Source: Planctomycetaceae bacterium (GTDB taxonomy: Bacteria; Planctomycetota; Planctomycetia; Pirellulales; Thermoguttaceae). Taken from it: DNA of 42,701 nucleotides. How positions within the stretch are numbered: position 1 is the first letter of the stretch; each line of letters opens with the position of its first letter. Location: assembly GCA_031282385.1 (NCBI GenBank), contig JAITDV010000477.1:1-42701 (forward strand), given 5' to 3'. Made by a program: the position numbers and the translations under genes. Under the pieces are notes generated by a model that was given only the letters and a program-made list of their open reading frames with translations, searched no databases and was not told the DNA's origin. Below are positions 9,915-18,374 of this stretch, one piece after another.

Positions 9915-10125
9915 GCAGTACATACACATTAAAATCGATTTTTCATTTTTTGTATCATTTCACTCGCTGACAGGATTTGTTTGAAATGATACTTTCATTT
10001 TTAGAGAATTTCTTTTACCGTTACATTTATTTGTTATGCCCCCTGTTGCTTTTTTGATTGGAATTGTAACAATGTTATTCCATGTTTTATTTTGACCGAG
10101 CTTTGATAATTATTCTTATATTTAC

Positions 10126-10231
10126 TATATGCTGATCGTACTGTAAGTTGCGTAACCCAATAGCGTAAAAACGCGTTTTCCGATAAGTAAGCAGGCAAAG
10201 GTAAACGGAATTTAAAGTGTGAACAGTTTAA
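10126..10231 (+). mobile_element. M1 MITE copy
   Basis: Full-length match ending 19 nt before the sigma-54 activator start. Confidence 0.85.
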
Positions 10232-10250
10232 GAAGTAATTAAATTTTCAT

Positions 10251-12311
10251 TTGCCAAAGAAATTAATCGATATTTCCATGATACTAACCCAATCAGAAAA
10301 CGCTTATTTAATCCGAATCCAAAACGGTGAACAAAAAGAATTAGTCCCATTCAATTCCAATACGGAAGTAACTATTGGTCGATCTATCGACAATAAAATT
10401 TCGCTTCTCGATGACAGATGCAGCCGTTTCCACGCAAAAATTTATTTTGATTCAGGTCAATGGATTCTACAAGACCTTGGCAGCCGTAACGGAACATTTG
10501 TTGATGGCAAGCAAGTATTGTCTGAATCATTTGAGTTGCACCAAGACAGCCTGATTCAAATCGGACACTCAACTCTAAAATTCGGTTACGGTACACACGA
10601 AAATATAGAAACGGTTGCCAGTTTGGAAGAAGACGAAATCCATTCTGGAGTGTTCGGCATTACCGGCGATATGCTTCGCGCACCAGAAGCCAACAACAAT
10701 GAAACCGCAACAGGAATTTTACGGCGTACATCACAAACTTCCTTGCTAAAAGTTGACTCTGACGATAAACCAACCTCACAACTCACCACCCGCGCCGGTC
10801 ACGGCGCTGTTGAACTTTGTCGTCTTGCGTATCAACTTGGTAAAGCCGGAGAAATTAATCAAATTGCCCGTGCAGCAATCGAAGGCTTACTCAAAGCAAC
10901 CGGCGCAGACGGCGCCGGACTCTGGTTGTTTCCGTATAATTTGAAGTCATCACAAAACGCATCTGATATTCGGCTTGTTGCTAACGCTACACTTGAAGAT
11001 TTGCAATATAACGTTATTACCGAAGCAATTGTTCGTACAATTTTTGACAAAAAAGAAGCTTGCCTGTTCCATGAACCTAATATCGATTCCAAAACCGGTT
11101 CAAAATCAAAACAACGCGAAGGAAGCGTAAATACTCTGGTCGCCCCGATCCGTTTCCAAAACGGAATTCAAGGACTAATTCACCTCTACACGGTCAAAGA
11201 AAATAAACAATTCGACGACGCAGATTTACAATATACCCTTGCTGTCGCTGACACTCTTGGTGTCGCATTGGCAAACATGAATAAACAGAAAGAACTCGCC
11301 GCAAATCTAAATCAAGTTCGTAAAGAAAATAATAATTTACGCGAAATGTTACAAATGAACAGCGAAATAATCGGTAAAAGCGACGCAATGGCACAAGTAA
11401 ACAATTTGATTTTACGTGCCGCGTCAGGCAAGGCGACAGTTTTAATTCGCGGTGAAAGCGGTGTTGGCAAGGAGCTTATTGCAAGAGCAATTCATCTTGC
11501 AAGTCCGCGTAAATCAAAACCGCTTATTTGTATGAATTGTGCGGCAATTTCGGAGAACCTTCTTGAGAGCGAATTATTCGGACATGAAAGAGGCGCATTT
11601 ACCGGTGCAACTGAACGTAAAATTGGTAAATTTGAAGCGGCAAATACCGGTACACTTTTTTTAGATGAGATTGGAGAAATGAGCCCATCATTGCAAGCAA
11701 AATTTTTGCGTGTACTTGAAGGCAGTGCTTTTGAGCGGGTTGGCGGAAATTCGTCGATAACGGTTGACGTGCGGGTTTTGGCGGCAACGAATCGTGATTT
11801 GGAAAAGGAAGTTGCGGAAGGACGTTTTAGACATGATTTATTTTTCAGGTTGCGTGTACTGGAAATAATCGTGCCGCCGTTACGTAAAAGGGCAGAAGAT
11901 ATTCCTTTGTTGGCGGAGTATTTTTTGGATCGGTATTGTAAAGAAACGGGACGGCGTTATGACGGATTTGATTCGGAGGCAATGAGAGTATTGATTAGTT
12001 ACAGGTGGCCAGGGAATATTCGGGAGTTGAAGAATGTAATTGAGCGTGCAGTTGTCTTGGGCAACGGTCAATACATACAAGAACAAGATTTATTGCTCTC
12101 AACATTAAACACAACAGGCGAATCTGGAATCCGTGCAATCAATGAACATCAAGACGTATTTATTCCGCTATCTCTTGAAGACATGGAACGTAACCATATT
12201 ATACGCACTCTCGAACATCTGCAATGGAACAAAAGTCTAGTCGCAAAACAACTAGGAATAGAACGTACAACTCTTGATCGAAAAATCAAACGATACGGTC
12301 TGGAAAAATAA
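10251..12311 (+). CDS. sigma-54-dependent transcriptional activator (FHA - GAF - AAA+ - Fis-type HTH)
   Basis: FHA (GRSIDNKISL...SRFHA...GSRNGTFV). AAA+ with GESGVGKE, the ESELFGHERGAFTGA GAFTGA motif and FLDEIGE. C-terminal HTH (LVAKQLGIERTTLDRKIKRYGL). TTG at 10251; alternative ATG at 10278. Confidence 0.9.
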   Translation: MPKKLIDISMILTQSENAYLIRIQNGEQKELVPFNSNTEVTIGRSIDNKISLLDDRCSRFHAKIYFDSGQWILQDLGSRNGTFVDGKQVLSESFELHQDSLIQIGHSTLKFGYGTHENIETVASLEEDEIHSGVFGITGDMLRAPEANNNETATGILRRTSQTSLLKVDSDDKPTSQLTTRAGHGAVELCRLAYQLGKAGEINQIARAAIEGLLKATGADGAGLWLFPYNLKSSQNASDIRLVANATLEDLQYNVITEAIVRTIFDKKEACLFHEPNIDSKTGSKSKQREGSVNTLVAPIRFQNGIQGLIHLYTVKENKQFDDADLQYTLAVADTLGVALANMNKQKELAANLNQVRKENNNLREMLQMNSEIIGKSDAMAQVNNLILRAASGKATVLIRGESGVGKELIARAIHLASPRKSKPLICMNCAAISENLLESELFGHERGAFTGATERKIGKFEAANTGTLFLDEIGEMSPSLQAKFLRVLEGSAFERVGGNSSITVDVRVLAATNRDLEKEVAEGRFRHDLFFRLRVLEIIVPPLRKRAEDIPLLAEYFLDRYCKETGRRYDGFDSEAMRVLISYRWPGNIRELKNVIERAVVLGNGQYIQEQDLLLSTLNTTGESGIRAINEHQDVFIPLSLEDMERNHIIRTLEHLQWNKSLVAKQLGIERTTLDRKIKRYGLEK

Positions 12312-12620
12312 AGGCATAAGAGCAAGTTGTGAGGCTTTGATTGCTGCTAATGGAATTTGATAAATAAAGATTGTTTACTTGATTATTGTGTTGTTATTTT
12401 GTGTTGTTTTTGTAACACAAGCGATTTCTATAGTATCCTGCTTGATAGGTATTATTTTGGTGATACAATTTGCGGCTTGTTGTTTCTGAACTGTTTTGTA
12501 AAACGTTGCGCTAATTGCGGGACAATGGGAACAGGAGGCAATTATTCTTGTGAATAAATTTGCCCGAACTCAGAATACTTGAACGTAATTTACCTGACTC
12601 AATAAATCAATTATCCCGAA

Positions 12621-12745
12621 ATATCAACGTACATTTATACCAACGTACATTAGAAGTTCGGCGACGTTAAAAACGTAAAAAGCAAGGCTTCAATTAGTCA
12701 AAACTTGTACGGATTGGCGTAGTTTCAGGTATGAACAATTTCAAA
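12621..12745 (+). mobile_element. M1 MITE copy (divergent)
   Basis: Recognisable CGTAAAAAGC core, a CAAG/CTTG replacement stem and the right end ATGAACAATTTCAAA. Confidence 0.6.
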
Positions 12746-12779
12746 TTCAAAAAACCATTAACAAATTGAATTAAAAATT

Positions 12780-13463
12780 ATGACACAAATTAACCGTTAT
12801 CTCGATCACGCTGTTCTTGTTCCGCAATTCACACGGCAAGAAGCTATTGACTGGATCAAAAAAGGTGTTGAATACAAAGTTAAAACAGTTTGCGTTCGAC
12901 CTTGTGATATTGATATTGCGAAACAACTCACGGCAGGTTCGGAAACTGAAGTCTCTGTCGTTCTCGGTTTCCCGCACGGTACACAACTCACCGAATCCAA
13001 AACCGCCGAATCTGAACTCTATTGCAAAAAAGGTGTGCAGGAAATTGATATGGTCGCTAACTACGGCTGGATCAAAAGTGAACTTTGGGAAGAAGTAAAA
13101 GCTGATATTAAAGCTGTTGTAGATGTTGCACACAAGCATAATGTGTTGGTCAAAGTGATATTTGAAACCGCGCAACTAAACACCGAACAAATCATCAAAA
13201 CAACTGAATTGTCTATTGAAGCCGGTGCAGATTTCGTCAAAACATCCACAGGATTCAATGGCGACGGCGCAAAAGAAGAAGACGTCGATACAATGCTCAA
13301 AACCGCAAAAGGAAAAATCAAAGTTAAACCATCCGGCGGAATAAGAGATAACGCAAGAGCAAAATTATTTGTTGACAAAGGCGCACACCGACTCGGCGTA
13401 AATTGCACAAGTACTCCAAAAATTTGCGACGGTGGAACCACCGACACAAAAACCGGATATTAG
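12780..13463 (+). CDS. deoC: deoxyribose-phosphate aldolase
   Basis: LDHAVL, VCVRP, GFPHG, EIDMV, FVKTSTGF and KPSGGIR motifs typical of DeoC class I aldolase. Confidence 0.85.
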   Translation: MTQINRYLDHAVLVPQFTRQEAIDWIKKGVEYKVKTVCVRPCDIDIAKQLTAGSETEVSVVLGFPHGTQLTESKTAESELYCKKGVQEIDMVANYGWIKSELWEEVKADIKAVVDVAHKHNVLVKVIFETAQLNTEQIIKTTELSIEAGADFVKTSTGFNGDGAKEEDVDTMLKTAKGKIKVKPSGGIRDNARAKLFVDKGAHRLGVNCTSTPKICDGGTTDTKTGY

Positions 13464-13524
13464 TAAACTATTCACACTTTAAATTTCCTTCACCTTCGCC
13501 TGCTTAGCTATCGGAAAGCAGGTT
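13464..13524 (-). mobile_element. M1 truncated copy (right TIR through hairpin)
   Basis: Starts immediately after the deoC stop codon and abuts the next full copy. Confidence 0.75.
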
Positions 13525-13629
13525 TTTAAACTGTTCACACTTTAATTTCCTTTACCTTCGCCTGCTTACCTATTGGAAAGCAGGCTTTTATGCTCTTGGG
13601 TCACACAATTTATAATACGAGCGGTACAA
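13525..13629 (-). mobile_element. M1 MITE copy
   Basis: Full-length reverse match. Confidence 0.85.
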
Positions 13630-13650
13630 ATCAATTTCCAAAAATAAATT

Positions 13651-13727
13651 TTGTTCACAAATTTCCACGAATCTTACACAAATTTTCTTTGTGAAAATTT
13701 ATGTGGATTCGCGGATAAAGAAATGAG
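13651..13727 (+). repeat. R3 repeat (divergent), 27 nt upstream of the 13754 gene
   Basis: TTCACAAATTTCCACGAATCTTACACAAATTTTCTTTGTGAAAATTTATGTGGATTCGCGGATAAAGAAATGAG. Confidence 0.6.
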
Positions 13728-13753
13728 TATGTAATTATAGGTTAAATGAATAT

Positions 13754-15313
13754 ATGAGAAAGTTGGTATTTATTTCTGTTCCGGGTTTACGCAGAATAGA
13801 TGTTGAGCGATTACCCGAGCTTCGCGCAATGACTTCTAGTGGCGGCATGGCAACTCTTACGTCTGGATTTCCGGCTGTTACTTGTCCGGTACAATCAAAT
13901 ATGACAACAGGCGTTCGCCCTGATCAACATGGAATAGTTGCAAATGGTTTATATCTCAAAAACGTTGATAAAGTTGATTTGGAATTGCGGTTGGAGTCGA
14001 AATTGTCGGGTGCAAAATTGTTCGGTAATATTGTTTCGAGTTGTAATTTTGATCCTGAAATTAAGCAGCCGGTTTGGCCTAAATCTGAAAATTTGCCATA
14101 TATTGAGATGTGGACTTCACCGAATTCAGCGGTGGAATCGCCCCAAATCTGGGACGTGTTACGCGGTAAACAAGACAATACATATCAACGGCAATTTAGA
14201 ATTCGGCGGCGCAAAAGTATTAATACAGGTTTGCCAATATTTCAGTCCGTGCGTATAAACAGAAATTCAAGGGTGAACAAGTTAAAATCTGCGGTTTGGT
14301 TTGCGTTATTGAGTAAATTTTGTCTTGCCGATTACGTGTGCAATTTTGCGCCGATTCATAATCCTGACGGTAGTGAATCGTTGTGGTGTTATACCAGACC
14401 GTATCTTTTTTATGGCGGCTTGCGGGACAAGTTGGGGCATTTTCCTGTTCAAGGTTACTGGGGACCGCTGGCTGGACAATCCGCGTCGGAATGGATAGTT
14501 GATTCTGCGATTATCGGCGCAAATAAATTTAAGCCGGATTATTTTTACGTATATGTACCGCGTCTTGATTACACGCCGCAAAAATTCGGTGCAAACGCTT
14601 CGGAACTTTCGGCGGACTTGGCGGATTTGAATAAGTTGTTTGTCAAATTACGTGCGGGATTCACTGAAGCATTGGGTTGCGAACCGACTTGGTTGATTGC
14701 GGGCGAGTATGCGGTAACTGATGTTAGTTCTGTTGTTTATCCGAATCGGATTTTGCGGGAGATGGGCTTGCTGTCTATCGAAGAACGCAATGGGCAAGAG
14801 TATTTGTTGCCGAGCAAGTCGCGTTGTTTTGCACTGTGCGATCATCAATTTTCACACATCCATTTTAATGACGCCGATCCGCAATTGATGCAACGTGTTG
14901 CAGATAAATTCCGTAACGAGTCCGGGATTGACGAAGTGTTGGTCGGAGATGAAAGGGCAAAATATAACTTGACGCATCGGAGAAGCGGAGAAATCATACT
15001 CATTTCAGAACCAGACAGTTGGCAAGCGTATTATTTTTGGAATGATGATTCAAAAGTGCCGGAATACGCACGCAAAGTTGATATTCATCGTAAACCGGGT
15101 TATGATCCGGTGGAGCTTTTTTTTGATCGCGAAACAATGTCTGTACCGCTCGATGCAAATTTGATTCGCGGTTCTCACGGCGCACCGGCTCGCGATAATT
15201 CGCAGAAAACTGTTGTTCTTGCAAGTAAACCGGAATTACTTGCAGACAAAAAACAATTCGATGATATTGATATGTTCAATATCGTAAATCAATTCTTTAA
15301 GGGAAAAGTTTAG
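13754..15313 (+). CDS. alkaline-phosphatase superfamily / nucleotide pyrophosphatase-phosphodiesterase family protein
   Basis: N-terminal VFISVPGLR...SGFPAVTCPVQSNMTTG...HGIVANG is typical of the type I phosphodiesterase (Phosphodiest) family. The ORF contains a basic, low-complexity insert that looks MITE-derived (see findings). Confidence 0.6.
   Translation: MRKLVFISVPGLRRIDVERLPELRAMTSSGGMATLTSGFPAVTCPVQSNMTTGVRPDQHGIVANGLYLKNVDKVDLELRLESKLSGAKLFGNIVSSCNFDPEIKQPVWPKSENLPYIEMWTSPNSAVESPQIWDVLRGKQDNTYQRQFRIRRRKSINTGLPIFQSVRINRNSRVNKLKSAVWFALLSKFCLADYVCNFAPIHNPDGSESLWCYTRPYLFYGGLRDKLGHFPVQGYWGPLAGQSASEWIVDSAIIGANKFKPDYFYVYVPRLDYTPQKFGANASELSADLADLNKLFVKLRAGFTEALGCEPTWLIAGEYAVTDVSSVVYPNRILREMGLLSIEERNGQEYLLPSKSRCFALCDHQFSHIHFNDADPQLMQRVADKFRNESGIDEVLVGDERAKYNLTHRRSGEIILISEPDSWQAYYFWNDDSKVPEYARKVDIHRKPGYDPVELFFDRETMSVPLDANLIRGSHGAPARDNSQKTVVLASKPELLADKKQFDDIDMFNIVNQFFKGKV
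14181..14287 (+). mobile_element. candidate degenerate M1 copy embedded in frame in the 13754-15313 CDS
   Basis: Right end AGAAATTCAAGGGTGAACAAGTTAAAA matches GGAAATTTAAAGTGTGAACAGTTTAAAA at about 21/27 positions. GCGCAAAAG matches the GCGTAAAAG core. Total length is 107 nt as in canonical copies. Left half is weak. Confidence 0.35.
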
Positions 15314-15348
15314 GGGTTAGGAACGAAGCAGACGAAAACGCGGCGTTC

Positions 15349-15622
15349 TATACTGTTCGGACTACAATTTGTGTGACTCAAGAGTGTAAAAGCCCGCTTT
15401 CCGATAGGTAAGCAGGCGGTGGTAAAAGAAAATTAAAGTTGACCTTTTCGCTAACCTGTAGGAGACCACCCCTAACCCCTCCGAAGGAGGGGAATTATTC
15501 CCCACCTTCGGAGGGGTTAGGGGTGGTCTCGGAGGAGTTAAAGGCGGTTTTTCGTTGTAGGTTTTTTGTTGCGTTGATGTATTTTTAGGTTAGAGAAAAG
15601 GTCTAGTGTAAACAGTTTAAAA
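15349..15622 (+). mobile_element. M1 MITE copy split by an M2 insertion
   Basis: M1 left part 15349-15439 and right part 15605-15622, interrupted by M2 (15440-15604). Ends 3 nt before the YitJ-type gene start. Confidence 0.9.
15440..15604 (+). mobile_element. M2 MITE copy (165 bp) nested in M1, AGT/AGT flanks
   Basis: Near-consensus copy: AGACCTTTTCGCTAACCTGTAGGAGACCACCCCTAACCCCTCCGAAGGAGGGGAATTATTCCCCACCTTCGGAGGGGTTAGGGGTGGTCTCGGAGGAGTTAAAGGCGG...TTTTTAGGTTAGAGAAAAGGTCT. Confidence 0.95.
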
Positions 15623-15625
15623 ATC

Positions 15626-17473
15626 ATGTTGAAAAATAATTCGCGTAAATTTATTGAAACGTTAAATAGTAGATTGCTTGTTTTTGATGGGGCGATGGGG
15701 ACAGAGCTTTATCGGCAACATGTATTTACGAATCGTTGTTTTGAGGAGTTGAATTTATCTGAACCTGAATTGATAAGCGGAATTACCCGTTCTTATCGTG
15801 ACGCCGGAGCAGACGTGTTGACGACCAACACGTTTGGCGCAAATCGTATTCGTCTTGAGAAGTATGGTCTTGTGGAGCGTTTGGTGGAGATAAATCGTGC
15901 AGGTGCCGGTATTGCGCGTGAGGTTGCGGGTGATAGCGGTGAATTATTTGTTGCGGGTTCGGTGGGTCAATTTCCGGCGTCAGGTTACACGGACGATGAG
16001 ATTGAGACTTTCATTCTTGAGCAAGTTGATACTCTTTGGGAAGGCGGTGTTGACTTTATAATTTTTGAGACTCAATTATCGCGTGAAGCAATGAGACGTT
16101 GTGCGGCGGCGATGCTCAAACGGGTTGAAATTCCGTTTGTGCTTTCTTGTGCGGTAATTTCAGGCAATGAATCAGCGGCGGGCGAATCTGTGCCGCGTCT
16201 TTTGATGCCGTTTGGGGATGATGTCGGCAAGCCTGTAGCGATGGGCTTGAATTGCGGTTCGGGACCGGAAGGGCTTTTGCAAGCTGCTGAAATTGCGGTC
16301 AAGGTTAATCCGTTGCCGCTTATTGTTCAACCCAATGCGGGAATACCCAAAGAATTTGATGGTCGTCAGATTTATTATTCGTCGCCGGAGTATGCGGCTT
16401 CTTATGCAATGCGGTTGGTGTCATTGGGAGTAGCTGCGGTGGGTGGTTGTTGTGGAATTTCGCCGGAGCATATTCGTGAAATTGCAAAGATGATCAAACC
16501 GCTTGCCAAAGCTCGATCAACACATTCGATTTTGCAAGCAGTTGAGTCAGACGTGACGGAACAACCGGAGTTATTGTTTCAGGAACGGTCGCGGTTTGCG
16601 TGGAAACTTTCGCGGCGTGAATGGACGACTAGTGTTGAAATTGTGCCGCCGCGCGGATATGACATGGAAAGTACGATTGAGAAAAGTAAAAAATTGCATC
16701 GTCAAGGAATAGATGCGATTAATTTACCGGATGGTCCCAGAGCAAGTTCAAGGGTTTCGTCGATTGCGGTTGCGAGCAGGATTTTGAGCGAGGCGCATAT
16801 TGAGCCGATTTTACATTTTTGTTGTCGGGACAAAAATCTGATTGGGATGCAAGCTGATCTTCTTGGTTGTGCGGCGTTGGGGATTAGAAATTTACTTTTT
16901 ATTACGGGTGATCCGCCGAAACTTGGTTCGTATCCGAATGCAACTGGTGTTTTTGATACTGATTCAATTGGAATTTGTTCATTGCAACGCCGTCTTAATC
17001 GTGGTGTTGATCTTGGAGGTCAAGCGATTGTGCCGCCGACGAATGCTGTAATTGGGGTTGGTCTTGATCCGAATGCGTTGGATCGGAAACGTGAGGTTGA
17101 CAGATTTAGGCAAAAGATTGATGCAGGTGCAAATTTCGCAATTACGCAACCAGTATTTGATCCTGAAGCGTTGATTAGATTTTTGGATGAGGTTGGTGAT
17201 TGTCCGATTCCGATTTTAGCGGGGATATGGCCATTGGCAAGTTTTCGCAATGCGGAATTTATGCAGAATGAAGTTCCGGGCGTGATTGTTCCTGATGCGA
17301 CAATGAACAGGATGGAAGCGGTTTCAAAACGATCAAAGGAAGAACAAGTTATGGTTGGAATTGAGATCGCCGGTGAAATGATTTCGGTAGTCAAAGACAG
17401 AGTGAACGGCGTGCAAGTTAGCGCACCTTTTGGAAAAATAGAAATTGCCCTAGCTGTATTAAACAACACATAA
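15626..17473 (+). CDS. bifunctional homocysteine S-methyltransferase / 5,10-methylenetetrahydrofolate reductase (YitJ-type)
   Basis: N-terminal LVFDGAMGTELY...GGCCG homocysteine-methyltransferase domain fused to a C-terminal MTHFR domain (SVEIVPPRG...LFITGDPP...ITQPVFD). Confidence 0.85.
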   Translation: MLKNNSRKFIETLNSRLLVFDGAMGTELYRQHVFTNRCFEELNLSEPELISGITRSYRDAGADVLTTNTFGANRIRLEKYGLVERLVEINRAGAGIAREVAGDSGELFVAGSVGQFPASGYTDDEIETFILEQVDTLWEGGVDFIIFETQLSREAMRRCAAAMLKRVEIPFVLSCAVISGNESAAGESVPRLLMPFGDDVGKPVAMGLNCGSGPEGLLQAAEIAVKVNPLPLIVQPNAGIPKEFDGRQIYYSSPEYAASYAMRLVSLGVAAVGGCCGISPEHIREIAKMIKPLAKARSTHSILQAVESDVTEQPELLFQERSRFAWKLSRREWTTSVEIVPPRGYDMESTIEKSKKLHRQGIDAINLPDGPRASSRVSSIAVASRILSEAHIEPILHFCCRDKNLIGMQADLLGCAALGIRNLLFITGDPPKLGSYPNATGVFDTDSIGICSLQRRLNRGVDLGGQAIVPPTNAVIGVGLDPNALDRKREVDRFRQKIDAGANFAITQPVFDPEALIRFLDEVGDCPIPILAGIWPLASFRNAEFMQNEVPGVIVPDATMNRMEAVSKRSKEEQVMVGIEIAGEMISVVKDRVNGVQVSAPFGKIEIALAVLNNT

Positions 17474-17527
17474 AAAATTCGTCTTACTTTCATGCGAATT
17501 TTGTATTTGGTTGCGATGATACGAAAT

Positions 17528-18238
17528 TTAGTTGCGGGTTGTTATAACGGTTGCGTTCCAGAGGAAATCGTAGAGCGGTTTCAACAATATAAAATTGCCA
17601 ATCAGAAAATCAACAAGTTTTGCCGAAAACAGAATTTTATCCGGTTTACGGTTTCCAAGAACGGCAATAGATTTGCTTTGATACCATTTATCAATTATTG
17701 CGGGATGCTCGGACGGAATGCGGCGTTTATAGCAATCGGATTCTAGTTTAAGATTTCTGGTTCGTTGTATTGGTTCAATAATTCTACGAAATTGTTCTGG
17801 ATTTTCGTCAATCATTCTGCGAAAATTCCGCATTGTTGTTGCTTGTGCGGAGTACATGCCCATTCCGAACATGTATTCGTACTCATCAAATTGAAAAAAA
17901 TAAGTAGGCATTGCTGTCCAACACTCAACATTACGCTTGAAAGCAAACCAAACTCGCGGACGATACGGAGACTTGTCCGCAGAAAAACGTGTGTCCCGAT
18001 AAATACGCGAAACAACACGATGCGGCGACGTTATCACCAACGAATCAAGTTCTGAAATCATTGGTGAAATTGTTTGTACAAGTTGTTTCATTGGATCGGA
18101 AACAAAACGAACATATCGATCCCGATTATCGGAAAACCATTCGCGGTTATTGTGGCGGCTCAAATCATGGAAAAAATTAATTCCAGATTGGGAAAATCCA
18201 TTGAACAATGAAGTATCAAAACTTACTTTAGCTGACAT
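17528..18238 (-). CDS. DUF2461 (TIGR02453) family protein
   Basis: FFHDLSRHNNREWF...YRDTRFSADKSPYRP pattern characteristic of this conserved hypothetical family. Confidence 0.65.
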   Translation of the reverse strand: MSAKVSFDTSLFNGFSQSGINFFHDLSRHNNREWFSDNRDRYVRFVSDPMKQLVQTISPMISELDSLVITSPHRVVSRIYRDTRFSADKSPYRPRVWFAFKRNVECWTAMPTYFFQFDEYEYMFGMGMYSAQATTMRNFRRMIDENPEQFRRIIEPIQRTRNLKLESDCYKRRIPSEHPAIIDKWYQSKSIAVLGNRKPDKILFSAKLVDFLIGNFILLKPLYDFLWNATVITTRN

Positions 18239-18324
18239 ATTAAAATATTGTAACTATTCAGCCGATGGATGTCTTCAATCCAAAAAAAACACAATTGTTT
18301 GGAAAGTTAGTGTCTCCAAAGGAT

Positions 18325-18355
<31 letters not shown>

Positions 18356-18374
18356 ATTCTTACAAATTCTGCAA

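Noticed and set aside
12357-12557. 66-aa Cys-rich small ORF downstream of the sigma-54 activator
   Set aside because: It has a TTG start and no SD. It lies in G/T-rich sequence made of degraded M1 fragments (CCTGCTTGATAGGTA, TAATTGCGGGAC). The Cys richness follows from TGT/TGC abundance in that composition.
12312-12779. Sigma-54 promoter (TGGCAC-N5-TTGC) near the sigma-54 activator, also sought in other intergenic regions including 23380-23400 and 31840-31860
   Set aside because: No site has both the GG and the GC at correct spacing. GGCACGTGTTTTTTTG at about 23385 lacks the -12 GC.
17020-17493. Long antisense ORFs inside real genes (also 12771-13175, 13061-13447, 18380-18874, 30095-30613, 30632-31078, 35460-35918)
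   Set aside because: These are shadow frames opposite well-supported CDS. Strong strand skew removes stop codons from the antisense frames, and none has recognisable motifs or an SD.
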